A DNA stretch of 63,433 nucleotides, filler included, from Collodictyon triciliatum (Eukaryota): the NCBI GenBank assembly GCA_043381765.1. It is 52 parts of 52 records of this genome, joined end to end, with 100 filler letters (N's around TTAATTAATTAA, not from the genome) between each part and the next. Parts side by side here need not be neighbours in the genome. Positions count along the whole stretch, not along the records: positions 23,270 to 24,392 come from JBHJMP010012210.1; positions 24,493 to 25,615 come from JBHJMP010012211.1; positions 25,716 to 26,838 come from JBHJMP010012212.1; positions 26,939 to 28,060 come from JBHJMP010012213.1; positions 28,161 to 29,282 come from JBHJMP010012214.1; positions 29,383 to 30,513 come from JBHJMP010012215.1; positions 30,614 to 31,735 come from JBHJMP010012216.1; positions 31,836 to 32,957 come from JBHJMP010012217.1; 44 more parts are not named here. One strand, written 5' to 3'. The translations under genes and the position numbers were made by a program. Below the pieces are notes generated by a model that made no database searches, was not told where the DNA came from, and saw only the letters and a program-made list of their open reading frames with translations. Of the stretch, positions 23,833 to 36,771 are shown in pieces (position 1 is the first letter of the stretch; every line of letters begins with the position of its first letter).

Positions 23833-24392
23833 TCAGTCCAAAGAACAACCGTGGGACGCTCCAGGAGCGTTCTCAGAAACCTCCCCTGAACCCTTTGTCC
23901 GGAGGATATTTAACGAGTCCGTCGACTCTTTAATAGGTTGAGAATCATACAAAAAGCTTATAACAGAATAAAAGGACATCCCCTTACAATTAGAGAGCGT
24001 CTTGATTTTATATTTTTGATTATTCGTAGTGATGAAGTTGCGGCAGATGTCTTCCAGCTCCTTTAGCCTTTGGGGATTCAGCAAAGTGCCTATCATGTTA
24101 TAGATAAGGGTCGACACCATCACTTGGTTCCACAACCTTACTTTACCCACATCCGAGAGATAAAAGTTGCTCCACATTGATATTTTCGACTTGATGTCCT
24201 CAACTAGGCTTGTCCATTTGTTATCTGATTGTGTACCGAAGATGATACCAAGATGCTTGAGTGGATGTGACAGTGGCTTCCACACAATGTTTCCTGGAAA
24301 CACAAGTCCGTCCTGAGAACCGAAAAGAATTCCATCTGTTTTTTCGTAGTTGATTTTCCCGCTGACAGCTCGTGTGTATTCCTGCATGCATT
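23833..24392 (-). mobile_element. Non-LTR retrotransposon ORF2 fragment (RT C-terminus/thumb, L1/Tx1-like)
   Basis: YTRAVSGKINYEKT...LKHLGIIFG...W..LVEDIKSKISMWSNFYLSDVGKVRLWNQVMVSTLIY follows the L1-clade SGxKINxxK / YLGI / WxxxxLSxxGK pattern. Confidence 0.85.
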
Positions 24393-24493
24393 NNNNNNNN
24401 NNNNNNNNNNNNNNNNNNNNNNNNNNNNNNNNNNNNTTAATTAATTAANNNNNNNNNNNNNNNNNNNNNNNNNNNNNNNNNNNNNNNNNNNNT

Positions 24494-24589
<96 letters not shown>

Positions 24590-25715
24590 TTGAATGGGAA
24601 ACTTCTTTACTATATTGTAATTCCATTTCTTTTTTTTATTCTCATTGAATTCTTCACCTGGCACACCCTGTCCTGCATTCGTAACCGATCTAACGATAAC
24701 TTCGATAGTCAACCTATACAAGTACGATGAATACAAGGAGTATGATTTATGGATTCCATTGTCTCCTCGACCAGGAACTGTAAAATCTTACAAATATAAA
24801 TAAGATTCCTATCGTAAATATCGTATTCGCTTTTTATTTGCTCCGAATATTAATCATACATTTTTCTTCAAAATAATACAACAAATCCTGAGTTGATGCA
24901 ATTAATTATGAAAATTGTAAATTGTCTTTTAGAATGCCGAGGTCAGAGGAGATTTACACATTCGGTTTTGTATAAAAAGGTGTAAAATAAAAATATATTC
25001 ATATACTCAACAGATTCATATTCTTGCCTTTCGCAAGTTCAACTCATTACCTTTCAATTTTTATTATTTTTTTTTTTTGCTCCGAAAATTCAATAATAGA
25101 TACCACATCTACCGCATCTTTAGGATTAGAAATATTCTAGCAAGAAGTTTATTTACTTAAAAAAGATTTTTCACTAAGAATATGTATTTATCACACACAG
25201 CATCAACTTCCTATCAAATCAGATCGAAAGAATAAAAAAAAACTTCGAAACGTCCGAGCCCATGGATTCCTCTAGCTCACGTTTACTTCCGAAGGCAAAA
25301 ACTGTTGTCAATCTGGCCGAATCATCAAATCCTAAAAAGATTCAAAGGATCGGTTTCGAAGGGCAAATAACCAAGGACCCAAGTAACGATTGTAGTTATT
25401 ACCATTACTGTTATTTTTATTTTCATTATTTATTGATTTATTGATTTATTGATTTATTGATTTATTGATTTATTGATTTATTGATTTATTTTCATCGCTA
25501 TTACAAAAGGATCAAGACCGTTTAGTAATTGTTTTATAAATTTTTTTGCTTTGATAGCATGTATGTTTTCGTAATTATTTGTTTTTTTTTTTTTTTTGCG
25601 ATTTTATTCGTGAACNNNNNNNNNNNNNNNNNNNNNNNNNNNNNNNNNNNNNNNNNNNNTTAATTAATTAANNNNNNNNNNNNNNNNNNNNNNNNNNNNN
25701 NNNNNNNNNNNNNNN

Positions 25716-25998
25716 ATTTATATCTTTCCCCAACAGCTTGTCTAGTCACTTGACATTCTTCATTATTCAGACCCCGCGAGAAGAGACATGTGGAAATAGG
25801 CTGAGAAAAAAAAACTAGACCTCACTTTACTTCTCATGCAGGCACAAGATACAGCCCAGAAGCTAAACCTCGAGATGCAATTCCTGACTACCGACTACTA
25901 CTTCTCGACCAATCGGATGTGAATGGGCGTCCATATAAACAAAGTTTAGAAAGCCAAAGCTAGAATCTCCAACACTTTGAACAAATATAAAATAAAAT
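25716..25998 (+). mobile_element. Diverged LINE 3' end with A-rich tail
   Basis: Aligns by eye to 53900-54190 (GACCCCG.GAGAAGAGACATGTGGAAA..GCTGAGAA...CTCATGCA.GCACAAGA). Confidence 0.7.
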
Positions 25999-26938
25999 AA
26001 TTTATGAAATGGCAAACAGACAATCTAGGGTACAGGCCCGTCGCAAAGCGTTTCATTTCATAGCCAAGAAGCCTGTTGATGTATGAATCATTACAAACAA
26101 GTAGCGTTACCAATAAATGGAATCTTTCCGAGTTCAGATAATATTTTTGTCACTTTGCATGTTTTTTTATTTTTTATTTCTCATATGGCATTACACAATT
26201 AGCAGCCACACACATAGTTTTACCCAGTCCTGGTTTAATTTTCTTGCGATGCAGCATCGTTGTGGTGATAGCCATGTTGTGTGAGGAAATATTGTCGCCT
26301 TGGCTGCCATTCATTTGCCGTTAATATAAATTGTGAGCTTCTGCAGTCATGGACATTCTTTGATGTACTGCCTTTTTTTATTACGAAGGAAGTTCAGATT
26401 TTCATCATAACGAGGCTTTTGTATGCTGGTGTTTTGATATCATCGAATACGAGAATGTCATGAGTTTTGTATGATTCATATGTAAGCTGCATCAAATCAT
26501 GATGTTTCAAGTGGCAGCAACGAAGTAAAGATTCATTTCTATGCTGAGAAAAAATGTGTGAAGACCAAAGCAATAACTCAAGCACAGCTGATGTGTGATG
26601 TGTGTATGTGTGTAAGATGACTCGTCTGGTTTAGATAATCGCTCTTTGACGTTAAACATACTGACTATAAGACAACGAAGGAGTGACGCTTTGCTGCTTT
26701 TAAAAAGAAAAGAAAAAAGAAAAGAAAAGAAAAGAAAAGAAAAGAAAAGAAAAAAGAAAGGAAAAGAAAAGAAAGAAAAAGAAAAGAAAATAAAAGAAAA
26801 GAGAGAAAAAGAAAAGAGAGAAAAGAAAATAAAATAAANNNNNNNNNNNNNNNNNNNNNNNNNNNNNNNNNNNNNNNNNNNNTTAATTAATTAANNNNNN
26901 NNNNNNNNNNNNNNNNNNNNNNNNNNNNNNNNNNNNNN

Positions 26939-27021
<83 letters not shown>

Positions 27022-27061
27022 TCGAACCAATCTTAACAGATGATTTTCATGTAATGGTCAC

Positions 27062-27808
27062 CTTTTTTCTTTTGGGTTGATGGTTGAGACGAGTTTGAAG
27101 TGCTTTTTCCATCAGCTCCTATGTATTTCTGATATTGCCAGGCAATCTTAAGCTTGGAATCCTCAGGGACTGACTTCGGCTCCTATCATCCAAAGTAAAT
27201 CATTACTACGAAATAAAAGCTATGTACCCAAAAAAAAAAAAAAAAAGAGATGGAAGGATAAAGCTACAGTTAAGTATTTTGAAAGAATGCGAACAGTTGT
27301 TGTAAATCCTTCTGCAGAAAAAGCTCGGTCGATAGTTGTGTTGTATGGAAGCCTTTTAGTGATTTGGTCCGGTTCGAAATCCTTCAAAAAAAAAAAAAAG
27401 AGTTGAAAAAATCCAATAGATTTGTCCCAGCATTTAACCCCTGCACAGCTAAATTTCAACCATAATTACGCAGTGTTATATTCAGAGACCGTAAAGAAGA
27501 TATGAATATTGTATAATGAATCTTAAAGATAGACGAAACGAAGATATTTGCATTATATTCGTGCATCGATGGAAAGACTTACACTGGGTATGCAAAGATA
27601 CACTTTTTGTTGGCATGAGACACCTTCTGCAATTAAATAACGAAGAAAAATGTATGCATGCTTGCTGAAATGATCTTCTACGACAAGATTGAACGAGCCC
27701 AGAGGAAGTCCGCCCCCGAGTATATCTAATTAATTTATACATAGGCAATTTGACAGCTGCCTTCTCAGGAAGATAATAAAAATAAAATGAATAAGCAACC
27801 AATTTTCA

Positions 27809-27905
<97 letters not shown>

Positions 27906-28060
27906 CCGAAAGAGATGTTTGCCTCTATCTCCAACTAACCATCCAAATCAGCAAAGCCTGTAGAAGCGAGGATCTGGCGGTTGTGGACCGAGCCTTTTGT
28001 ACCCACTGGAAGAATCATGGAACGAGACGGAAGAGACGGTGTTGTCGACGTAGGAGCCGA
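27062..28060 (-). CDS. ELP4: Elongator complex subunit 4 (partial, at least 4 exons)
   Basis: Exons read PVGTKGSVHNRQILASTGFADLD / ILGGGLPLGSFNLVVEDHFSKHAYIFLRYLIAEGV / DFEPDQITKRLP / DSKLKIAWQYQKYI; STG..DLD..LGGGLPLGS plus KIAW.Y is the ELP4 pattern. Confidence 0.88.
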
Positions 28061-28160
28061 NNNNNNNNNNNNNNNNNNNNNNNNNNNNNNNNNNNNNNNN
28101 NNNNTTAATTAATTAANNNNNNNNNNNNNNNNNNNNNNNNNNNNNNNNNNNNNNNNNNNN

Positions 28161-28500
28161 TGAATGGGAATGCGCTTCTTTTTCAAGACAAAGCTTTCGG
28201 GTTGCTGCAGTTCCTAAGCAATCGACTCGGGTTGAGTGGATGAAAGCGGAACGTCACAACAGGTGATGACTTTGTCGTTGCCCCTCAACAGATTCGTTTC
28301 GGTTGATGAAAGGAAATTATGAAAGGTGAATGTCAAATGCAAAAGTGATGTTATGAAGAAAAAAGTTAATCTAACTTTGACAATCATCTCGCGCAGCTGT
28401 GAGATAGTTGTTGTCCCTGTTATGATCACCTCTCCGATTATGTTTTGCTCGTTCTCTTCTTCCAGGTACACCACAAGACCGATGCTTTCAAGCGGACTGC
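28161..28500 (-). CDS. Spliced gene fragment, possibly a ubiquitin-like fold
   Basis: Exons ...VVYLEEENEQNIIGEVIITGTTTISQLREMIVK / ELQQPESFVLKKKRIPI with GT-AG boundaries. Confidence 0.35.
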
Positions 28501-28612
28501 TTGCTACGAATTCAATTTAATAGAAAATGTTATCTCCATCACCACCAAACGATGTGCTATCTAATTAGTGGGGATTCTATGGAGATGCACTATTTATTTT
28601 AATAACAAAATC

Positions 28613-28690
<78 letters not shown>

Positions 28691-30613
28691 TCACAATTAC
28701 AAATATGAATCGTCCCGTCAACCATCGAAATTAGATAGGAATCTTTGCATTTAGGTCTCTTCAATTTGAAAAAAAATAATCACAAGACCACGACATCAAG
28801 ATTGTTATGCATTCGATGTTTACAAACCTGAAGACCTTGGGGTAGAGGCTTGCTTCAAACCAGATTCCGAATTGAAAGATGGCTGTCTACAAATTCATAG
28901 GTGTTTTGATTGGCGATATGAAGCGCAGGAATGAGATTAAAAGTAGAGAAAAGCGTTTTATGGATTGTAAACAGACAAGTCCAGGTGAATAATATAATGA
29001 AATATATGATAAAAGGAAGGGAGAGAGAACCTTGATATTGAAGCTATGCGAGAATCGATACAGAATACGGGTGGAAAAAAAAGAGTTAAAAATCAGGTTA
29101 AAAAATTGGCTTTGCTGCATAATAAAACAATATGCTGAGTTTGTTTGCTTTCAGACAAACAAAAGAAAAAAAAGACTGACATGATTCCCCTAATCGGCGG
29201 AGCGATGGTGGCTGTATCTTTGAGACTGGCGCAGCACTATCGAATGTCATATTCTCTGACGCATTTCGGACCTTAATTGTATNNNNNNNNNNNNNNNNNN
29301 NNNNNNNNNNNNNNNNNNNNNNNNNNTTAATTAATTAANNNNNNNNNNNNNNNNNNNNNNNNNNNNNNNNNNNNNNNNNNNNTATTGCTGTCCTTCATTT
29401 CTTTTTTCTTTTTTTTTTTTTTTTCATTTTGTGCCATTTCTGTTCTTTGGCTCTATCCCATTTAACATATTTCGCCAATAAACTCCTTTTTTTTCCTGGT
29501 TTACTTTGTTTTGTTTCACTTTGTTTTTATTCTTTAGCATTTTATGCACTATCCCCTCTCTGCAGCCCGCCTCTTAATACACTCCTGTTCATGAAAACCC
29601 CCCGAAGCAGAGACCACTTCCCATCCCTCTCTTCTCCCAACCCACCGCAGAGTAACTACCAAAACCTTTCTCACACGACTTTTCCCGCGAAGCCCGACCG
29701 AGCTCCCCAAAGAACACGGAGCTTCTCCCTTCCTCTGCCACAACACAGGGAAATACCGGAGAAGCGGCAATCGAAGCCGAACACGCAAACGCTGCCAATG
29801 TCGAATATCCATATGACCCGACTGCATACCAACTCGTCGGATATCAGGCGGCCCACTCTGTTGAGGCAGAAAATGCACCTCCGAGGCGAGCGACAACAGG
29901 CTATGCCCCGGCACCGATGGATAATACCAGCGTCTCGGTGGGTTGATTTGTGCTATAGTAATAATAATAGAAATAGGAATAGGAATATTGAATTCTTCTG
30001 TGCTAGTATGAACAGATAGAAAGTAACATGATTTATATTGCATTTTGGTGTTGAATTAATGGTGTTGCGTCCTTCCTTCCTTCCTGAACCTATTTTCTTT
30101 TTCTTTTTTCTTTTTTCTTTTTTCTTTTTTCTTTTTTCTTTTTTCTTTTTTCTTTTCATCTGTCATCTCACGAAGGCTATCGTATATGTAATCAATGACA
30201 CATTTATTTTTACAGGGTGTCCACAGCTTTGATTACAGCGTACATGATGTAAGTTTCAACAGATTTGTGTATCGCTCTCCACATTCCCTCCCTTTATCCA
30301 CTTTCCAATCTGCTACCTCCTGGATGAGAAATGCACCCAACGAGCCTTTGCACTATTTTTTGCTTCATTCTGTAAATTATCGCATACTACACTCTATTAT
30401 ATTCTTTTTTATTCTTTTTTTATTCTTTTTTATTCTTTTTTATTCTTTTTTATTCTTTTTTATTCTTTTTTATTCTTTTTTATTCTTTTTTATTCTTTTT
30501 TATTCTTTTTATTNNNNNNNNNNNNNNNNNNNNNNNNNNNNNNNNNNNNNNNNNNNNTTAATTAATTAANNNNNNNNNNNNNNNNNNNNNNNNNNNNNNN
30601 NNNNNNNNNNNNN

Positions 30614-30895
30614 CTTTGTATTCATTTTCTTAATGTCCAGGTCCCCCAGAGTGCTCAGCCCCCTACCGAGGTAATTGGCTGCCTTGATGGTGCTGACCAG
30701 GGGGTTGGTGATAGTCTGGATGGCGGGCTTCACTCCGGTGCTCGTCAATAAATTGTCGACTAACCCCATGCTGGCGTCGTCGAGTTTTACATATGCGTTG
30801 TTGAGTCCTTCTAGTCGTCGTATGGCTCTGTCAGTCGATGTAGTAAGAAACCGCCCTACCCCTCGCGCTCCTCGCTGTGCGTAATTTACAATCAT
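30614..30895 (-). CDS. Small virus-like hypothetical protein (3' partial), homologous to 58666-58784
   Basis: MIVNYAQRGARGVGRFLTTSTDRAIRRLEGLNNAYVKLD...; intronless and divergent from the next ORF. Confidence 0.8.
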
Positions 30896-30927
30896 ACTGG
30901 GGCACAGATAAAAATCTAGGGTATAGC
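30896..30927. promoter_or_regulatory. 32-bp divergent intergenic spacer, candidate bidirectional viral promoter
   Basis: Lies between ATG 30895(-) and ATG 30928(+); contains ATAAAAATCTAG; similar in length and motif to 58785-58817. Confidence 0.55.
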
Positions 30928-31735
30928 ATGAGCAGATTCACTCCAGGCCAAAAAGATAAAATAGAGGGAGACATATCAGATGCTTTGCTATTTGAGGACA
31001 AAGCAAATACAAGAACATCAGGAAAGATTATAACTAAATACAGGACGAAATTAAAAAGCCTATGGCATGGAAAAGACAAGGGGCGCTCAGAAAACTTACT
31101 ATTACCAAGCTTAAAAGAATACACAAACCCTGACGGTGAGAAATATTTTATAAAGCGTGTACCGACACAACACGCAGCAATTGTAAATCAAATTGCCGTA
31201 CTGCGTTTTCCAAGAGACACGCCTGGAGAATCATACGCTGCAGCAGAAGAAGAAATAAAGAAAGCATTAAAAGAAGATGAAGAATTTCAGCACAGATACT
31301 TTAGAAATATATGGGCACTTACACAAAAATCAGACGGTGGAGGACACCATTTAACATCATGGTCTAATTTAAATACTGCGTTCTCATATGCATATTTTTA
31401 TGCTGGAATAGAAGCTGAAAATATTCCTGATCCTTCACCGCAATCACTCCCGCCCAAGAAAGTTCCTGTGCGTTCAGCCTCTGGTGAAGATTCAATGTTT
31501 TCGAGTGCAACTGCAGTCCCAATAGAACAAGGCCAAAAACCTTTAGAAGTAATACCCCAGGGTATTGACAAAGAAGAAGACGAAGAAAGAGAAGAAGAAG
31601 AAGAAGACGAAGAACAAGAAGAAGAAGAAGGTGAATGGGAGCCTGATATTACTGAAGACGAAATGATACAAAGACGACTTACACTACGGGAACAATACAA
31701 AAGAAAGAAGGAAGTTTTTCTGATGCCCTATCTTC
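30928..31735 (+). CDS. Intronless hypothetical protein with an acidic tract, virus-like (3' partial)
   Basis: 269 open codons from MSRFTPGQKDK; A-rich codons; poly-E/D stretch near 31570-31630. Confidence 0.75.
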
Positions 31736-33258
31736 NNNNNNNNNNNNNNNNNNNNNNNNNNNNNNNNNNNNNNNNNNNNTTAATTAATTAANNNNNNNNN
31801 NNNNNNNNNNNNNNNNNNNNNNNNNNNNNNNNNNNACGATTTGGAGGAAGCGAAGGGACAGCTCTCCACCCTAGCTCACTGAAGAGAGGCAGATGGGAGT
31901 CAAGGTCGCAGCGAAGGAAAATGCCGATGTACTTGTCTCTTTCTTGATTTGACTTGATTTTGTTACACAGTGACGCAAACAATTTACACCCGAGAGTAAG
32001 CTAGCAGAGGAACTGGTGTTGCGCACATCACAAGAAGCAGAGAGAGGGAAAAAGAAAAAAAAGAAAGGAAAAGAATACATGATTATTCTGGATGCAAGCA
32101 CCAAGGACGAAATACAGAGGAGTGAAGCGTTCGACTACGCGGGAGTTCGTCGACATGTTTCCTGTCGACACACCCACGGCTCGTGCAAACAATATGAGTC
32201 TCCACACACACACACACGCATATCCATATATAAGCTTTCGACGGAACTGCCACTGAAACGGGCTAGCTGTTTGGGACGAAAGTCACAGTGCGAGGCGCTC
32301 CTTGTGTGCGGCTTCGTTGGGAGCCCAGTGAGGAGACGGACGATGCAGAGCTTGGCCGAGACCTTGGAACCCACCAATGGTCGCGTGTAGGGGCATTTGT
32401 CTGTGCTGGAGAGTGTGCCCGCCACGACGTTTGAGGGCTTTTGGCTACAATTTAAAAAGAGTTTTTCATTCTGCTTGTGCTGCTATCATTTTCTATGATT
32501 TTCTTCAAAGGCTTCGTGTTTTCTTGTTGTTTGCATATGCTTTTGTATTCAAAATCTTTATCAGTCAGTGCAATTTCAGACGTATAATCGCTTATATTAG
32601 TAACAATACATGACTGGTTTTGTCAGGTTATATATGTTGCTACTAGGGAATAATTGTCTGATAGACAATTTTGAATAAATCATACGACGGTATTCCACGC
32701 GCTCGGCTGAAGGAGAACGTTTCAATGCTGAGGGAGGAACAGTGTTGGGATTATTCGGAGAGAGGGCGGGAGATGGACGTCTTGTCTCTTGTGGTTGATC
32801 GACACTGTTTTCAGATTGTTTTCCAGGGGCTGCGCTTATTTTTGGTTGTGTCTGATGTGAATGATGCGCTGGTTGTGGCTCATGTCTGTCACCCGAAGCA
32901 CCAGAGTCCCGAGATGACATTTGAAGAAATCGACTGGTGTGGTTGGGCATAGACCCANNNNNNNNNNNNNNNNNNNNNNNNNNNNNNNNNNNNNNNNNNN
33001 NTTAATTAATTAANNNNNNNNNNNNNNNNNNNNNNNNNNNNNNNNNNNNNNNNNNNNGAAAAAGAAAAGAAAAAGAAAAGAAAAAGAAAAGAAAAAGAAA
33101 AGAAAAAGAAAAGAAAAAGAAAAGAAAAAGAAAAAGAAAAAGAAAAAGAAAAAGAAAAAGAAAAGAAAAGGAAAACACAATAGAAAATGTGGCCAACGTA
33201 AACACGCCTCCGAGTTAAAATTAAAAGCGCCGGTGACTGAAGACTTCATGGCACTTAC

Positions 33259-33367
33259 CCGAATCACCCAAGAGGAGCATCTTCACAGCGACGTCGTAAG
33301 TGGACTGCGAGACAGTACTTGCATCAAGGCTGAGATTTGGTTCCGTTTGGGTGGAATTACGAGCCAT
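33259..33367 (-). CDS. Rab-family small GTPase, first exon
   Basis: MARNSTQ...STYDVAVKMLLLGDSG then a GTAAGT donor; YD...K.LL.GDSG is the Rab G1 lead-in. Confidence 0.8.
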
Positions 33368-34333
33368 CTTCAGAGGTGACCAACGGTGAAAAATCCGCTT
33401 CGCAAGAGGTTTCACTTCCTGCAGAGTACGTTTCTCAGAAGAAAAAAAAGAGAACAAAAAAGTAAACAAAAAAAGAAAGAAAGAAGCTGGTTTTCGTTGG
33501 TTTCTTTTTTCAGGGGTGGCCACTTTGTTTTCCCATTAATTGGAAGGCATCATTCCGCTATCCTTCTCCGCCTGGTTCTGCTCTGCTATCGTCTTCTTAC
33601 ACGAGCAGAGGTCCATCCACAAGCTCTCTTCTGCGCAGGGGTAGAGAGGGCCGGAGGGAAAAGAAATGAGGGAAAAGAGAAGTAGAAAATAACGCAAGTC
33701 CTTGAAGAAGGAGAGAATCAGGAGCGGGTGCCAGGAGCGACTATGAGTCTTGTCTCGATCTCCAGGCGACTTTAAGTGCCAGACATCGATTCTGTAGAAT
33801 CCCTGCCTCTTGCAGATTCTCTTCGGGGTGTCTCGTCATTTCTTGAGGCGCGCCTTGGGTTTGTTTTCATAAGCGACGACTTGGGAATGAGTGTTGGGTT
33901 CAGGACTTCTCTCTATGGTGTGTCCGACGAGCTGCAATGAACCGGGAATATAATTTCCATTTAGGGCATAAATGAAGCAAATAATGTACCGTATATTTGA
34001 TGCCATATATTTATTTCTTTGCCATTTCTTGGACTTCTGTCCTTGTGTTATTCTTTGGGTGCCAACATCGTAACCCTAAACCGGGCACCAAACGCCAAGG
34101 CATACAGCAGCAAAGACAGAAAAACAAAAAACAAAAAACAAAAAACAAAAAACAAAAAACAAAAAAAAAAAAACAAAAANNNNNNNNNNNNNNNNNNNNN
34201 NNNNNNNNNNNNNNNNNNNNNNNTTAATTAATTAANNNNNNNNNNNNNNNNNNNNNNNNNNNNNNNNNNNNNNNNNNNNTTCCAAATCTGGAATTCCACA
34301 TTAGGAAGGTATAGGGGTATATAAAGGATGAAC

Positions 34334-34377
34334 TCTTGTACCCAAATTATATATACCTAGATAATTTGGGTACAAGA
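34334..34377. terminator. Perfect 17-bp-stem hairpin between convergent reading frames
   Basis: TCTTGTACCCAAATTAT / 10-nt loop / ATAATTTGGGTACAAGA; a + frame stops at 34324 and a - frame stops near 34449. Confidence 0.6.
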
Positions 34378-34448
34378 TTCTCACTTTGTTAACCAAAAAA
34401 GAAATCACGAACTGTTTTTAAAAAAACATAGTTGTAGTTTTGCTATCT

Positions 34449-35110
34449 TAATGATAAAGGTATAGTGGAAATAATGAATATTGTTTTTTTCCAAGTGGAA
34501 TTTCCAATATTTCGTTAACAGCGAAACATCGTATCAACCCTTGAAATTTATCGTAAGACATCCCATGCATCCCAGCTTGAACTCCAACATTCTCTGCAAA
34601 AAGACTTATGGTGGTGTAGTCTGCTTTTCCTTTCGCGATAACATTGACTATATTTTCAGCTTTCTCAAAATATATTGAAATATCATAATCCCAATCAAAA
34701 TAAGTGTTTGTGCCAATCGCATCATCATCTGAAACAAATGAATTTCCTAAATGAATCGGATATTTAGTAGCTCCATACAGTTTTGATATATCTACATCTT
34801 TAACACCCCTTGGGGGTGTTCAAATTATACTTGATATATGACCAAAATCTATTTATACTATAACCAAGTGCCATTTGATATATATTGTATGACATAGGGC
34901 TTCAACTGTCCCAACTTTTTTGCAACTCTTCTCATACTAATCGGTTAATGTGTTCATCTCACTAAATACCGCAAAGTATTCATTATTTGTAAAATTTAAT
35001 CTGTCTCTGGGTACGTTTACAATATCTATATCTTTAAAATGGAATCCTAACCTATCTCTACTGAAATCGTATCTTAATCTTTCTAAAACTTTTGCAAATT
35101 CCATATACAT
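34449..35110 (-). pseudogene. Decayed intronless AT-rich ORF of unknown, possibly viral, origin
   Basis: Frames MYMEFAKVLERLRYDFSRDRLGFHFKDIDIV..., YQMALGYSINRFWSYIKYNLNTPKG and a ~120-codon open stretch GVKDVDISKLYG...PLYLYH* are joined by a stop and frameshifts. Confidence 0.45.
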
Positions 35111-36723
35111 TTTTCTTTAGGATGATCGCCTCAGACTTGCATTTTCCAGAGATTTTTTGATTCCATTTCAACAGTTTATTGAGAGAAAACAAAGCCGAGG
35201 AAACCACCTTCGCCTCTAGGACAAAAAATGAGCTGTGTACAAGACCGTGGAAACCCTGATAGTGTGGTTGGAGTTTTTGTATTTTGGGTGGAAGGAAAAG
35301 GAAAAAAAGAAAAAGAAAAAGAAAAAGAAAAAGAAAAAGAAAAAGAAAAAGAAAAAGAAAAAGAAAAAGAAAAAGAAAAAGAAAAAGAAAAAGAAAAAGA
35401 NNNNNNNNNNNNNNNNNNNNNNNNNNNNNNNNNNNNNNNNNNNNTTAATTAATTAANNNNNNNNNNNNNNNNNNNNNNNNNNNNNNNNNNNNNNNNNNNN
35501 AAAAAAAAAAGAAAAAAGAAAAAAGAAAAAAGAAAAAAAGGGTCGGCCAGCCACCAACGCGAGGCGTAAGGGGTGGCGGGAAAAGTGGACGGAGAAGACT
35601 CTCCAGAATAAGAGCGACGCCTCCTGGTGAGACTTCAGCGAAGGAGACAAATCCTCTCTGCATCGGCACCGATGCGTGGGCGTCCAGCATCCCCATGCGT
35701 TTTCGTTCTTCCGCCGGTTGTCACACAATCACGGCCCGCTTCTAAACGAACCCACTAATGGATCCATGGGGATTCGCTCGCAGGAAATGAAAGAATACTC
35801 CAGCCCTGAATCCGCAAGCAGAACAACGCCGCACAATAAGTGGGGTTTTGTCTAGAATCCCAAACTTCTACAAATTCGAATGAAATGACATAGAAATATT
35901 CTTTATATAGAAAATTTGGCCTAAAATTGAGTAGCTATACTTTTTTTGGAAGACGTGTCACAACTCGTCACCAAATCGAGAGAAACATATTTCATTTATA
36001 TTCGATGAATATAATAAGAAAAAGGACGCACCACTTTATGTAATTATATGGCATAATATATACAGTATTTTGTATATGATATTCAGTGTGCCTTTAATTT
36101 GTGTTTTTTTCCCACTTATCCTCTGTCTCTGTTCTTGTTGTGCTGGTTTGGCTTTCGTTAAAGCTCCACCGACAAAAGTCATAAAGACGTCCTCACTTTG
36201 TGCCCTTTCTGCTAGGATGGAGGGAGCCTACGCTTACTCTGCTTCAGGACTGACAACAGAGACTGAATTTCCTCACGGATGTGATGACACGGCGGTGGTC
36301 ATCTGTTCTCGACCAGTAACGAGAGGCCACAACAGGCTCCTTTCCTTTCCTTTCCTTTCCTTTCCTTTCCTTTCCTTTCCTTTCCTTTCCTTTCCTTTCC
36401 TTTCCTTTCCTTTCCTTTCCTTTTCCGCTTTCTTTTTCTTTTCCTTTTCCCTTCCCTTTTTCTCTTTTCTTTTTCTTTTTCTTTTTCTTTTCCTTTTCCT
36501 TTTCCTTTTTCTTTTTCTTTTTCTTTTCCTTTTCCTTTTTCTTTTCCTTTTCCTTTTCCTTTTCCTTTTCCTTTTCCTTTTCCTTTTCCTTTTCCTTTTC
36601 CTTTTCCTTTTCCTTTTCCTTTTNNNNNNNNNNNNNNNNNNNNNNNNNNNNNNNNNNNNNNNNNNNNTTAATTAATTAANNNNNNNNNNNNNNNNNNNNN
36701 NNNNNNNNNNNNNNNNNNNNNNN

Positions 36724-36771
<48 letters not shown>

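Noticed and set aside
29566-30247. Named gene for the Pro/Ser-rich exon and the GVHSFDYSVHD exon
   Set aside because: Probably host exons, but no recognisable domain and the frame is ambiguous
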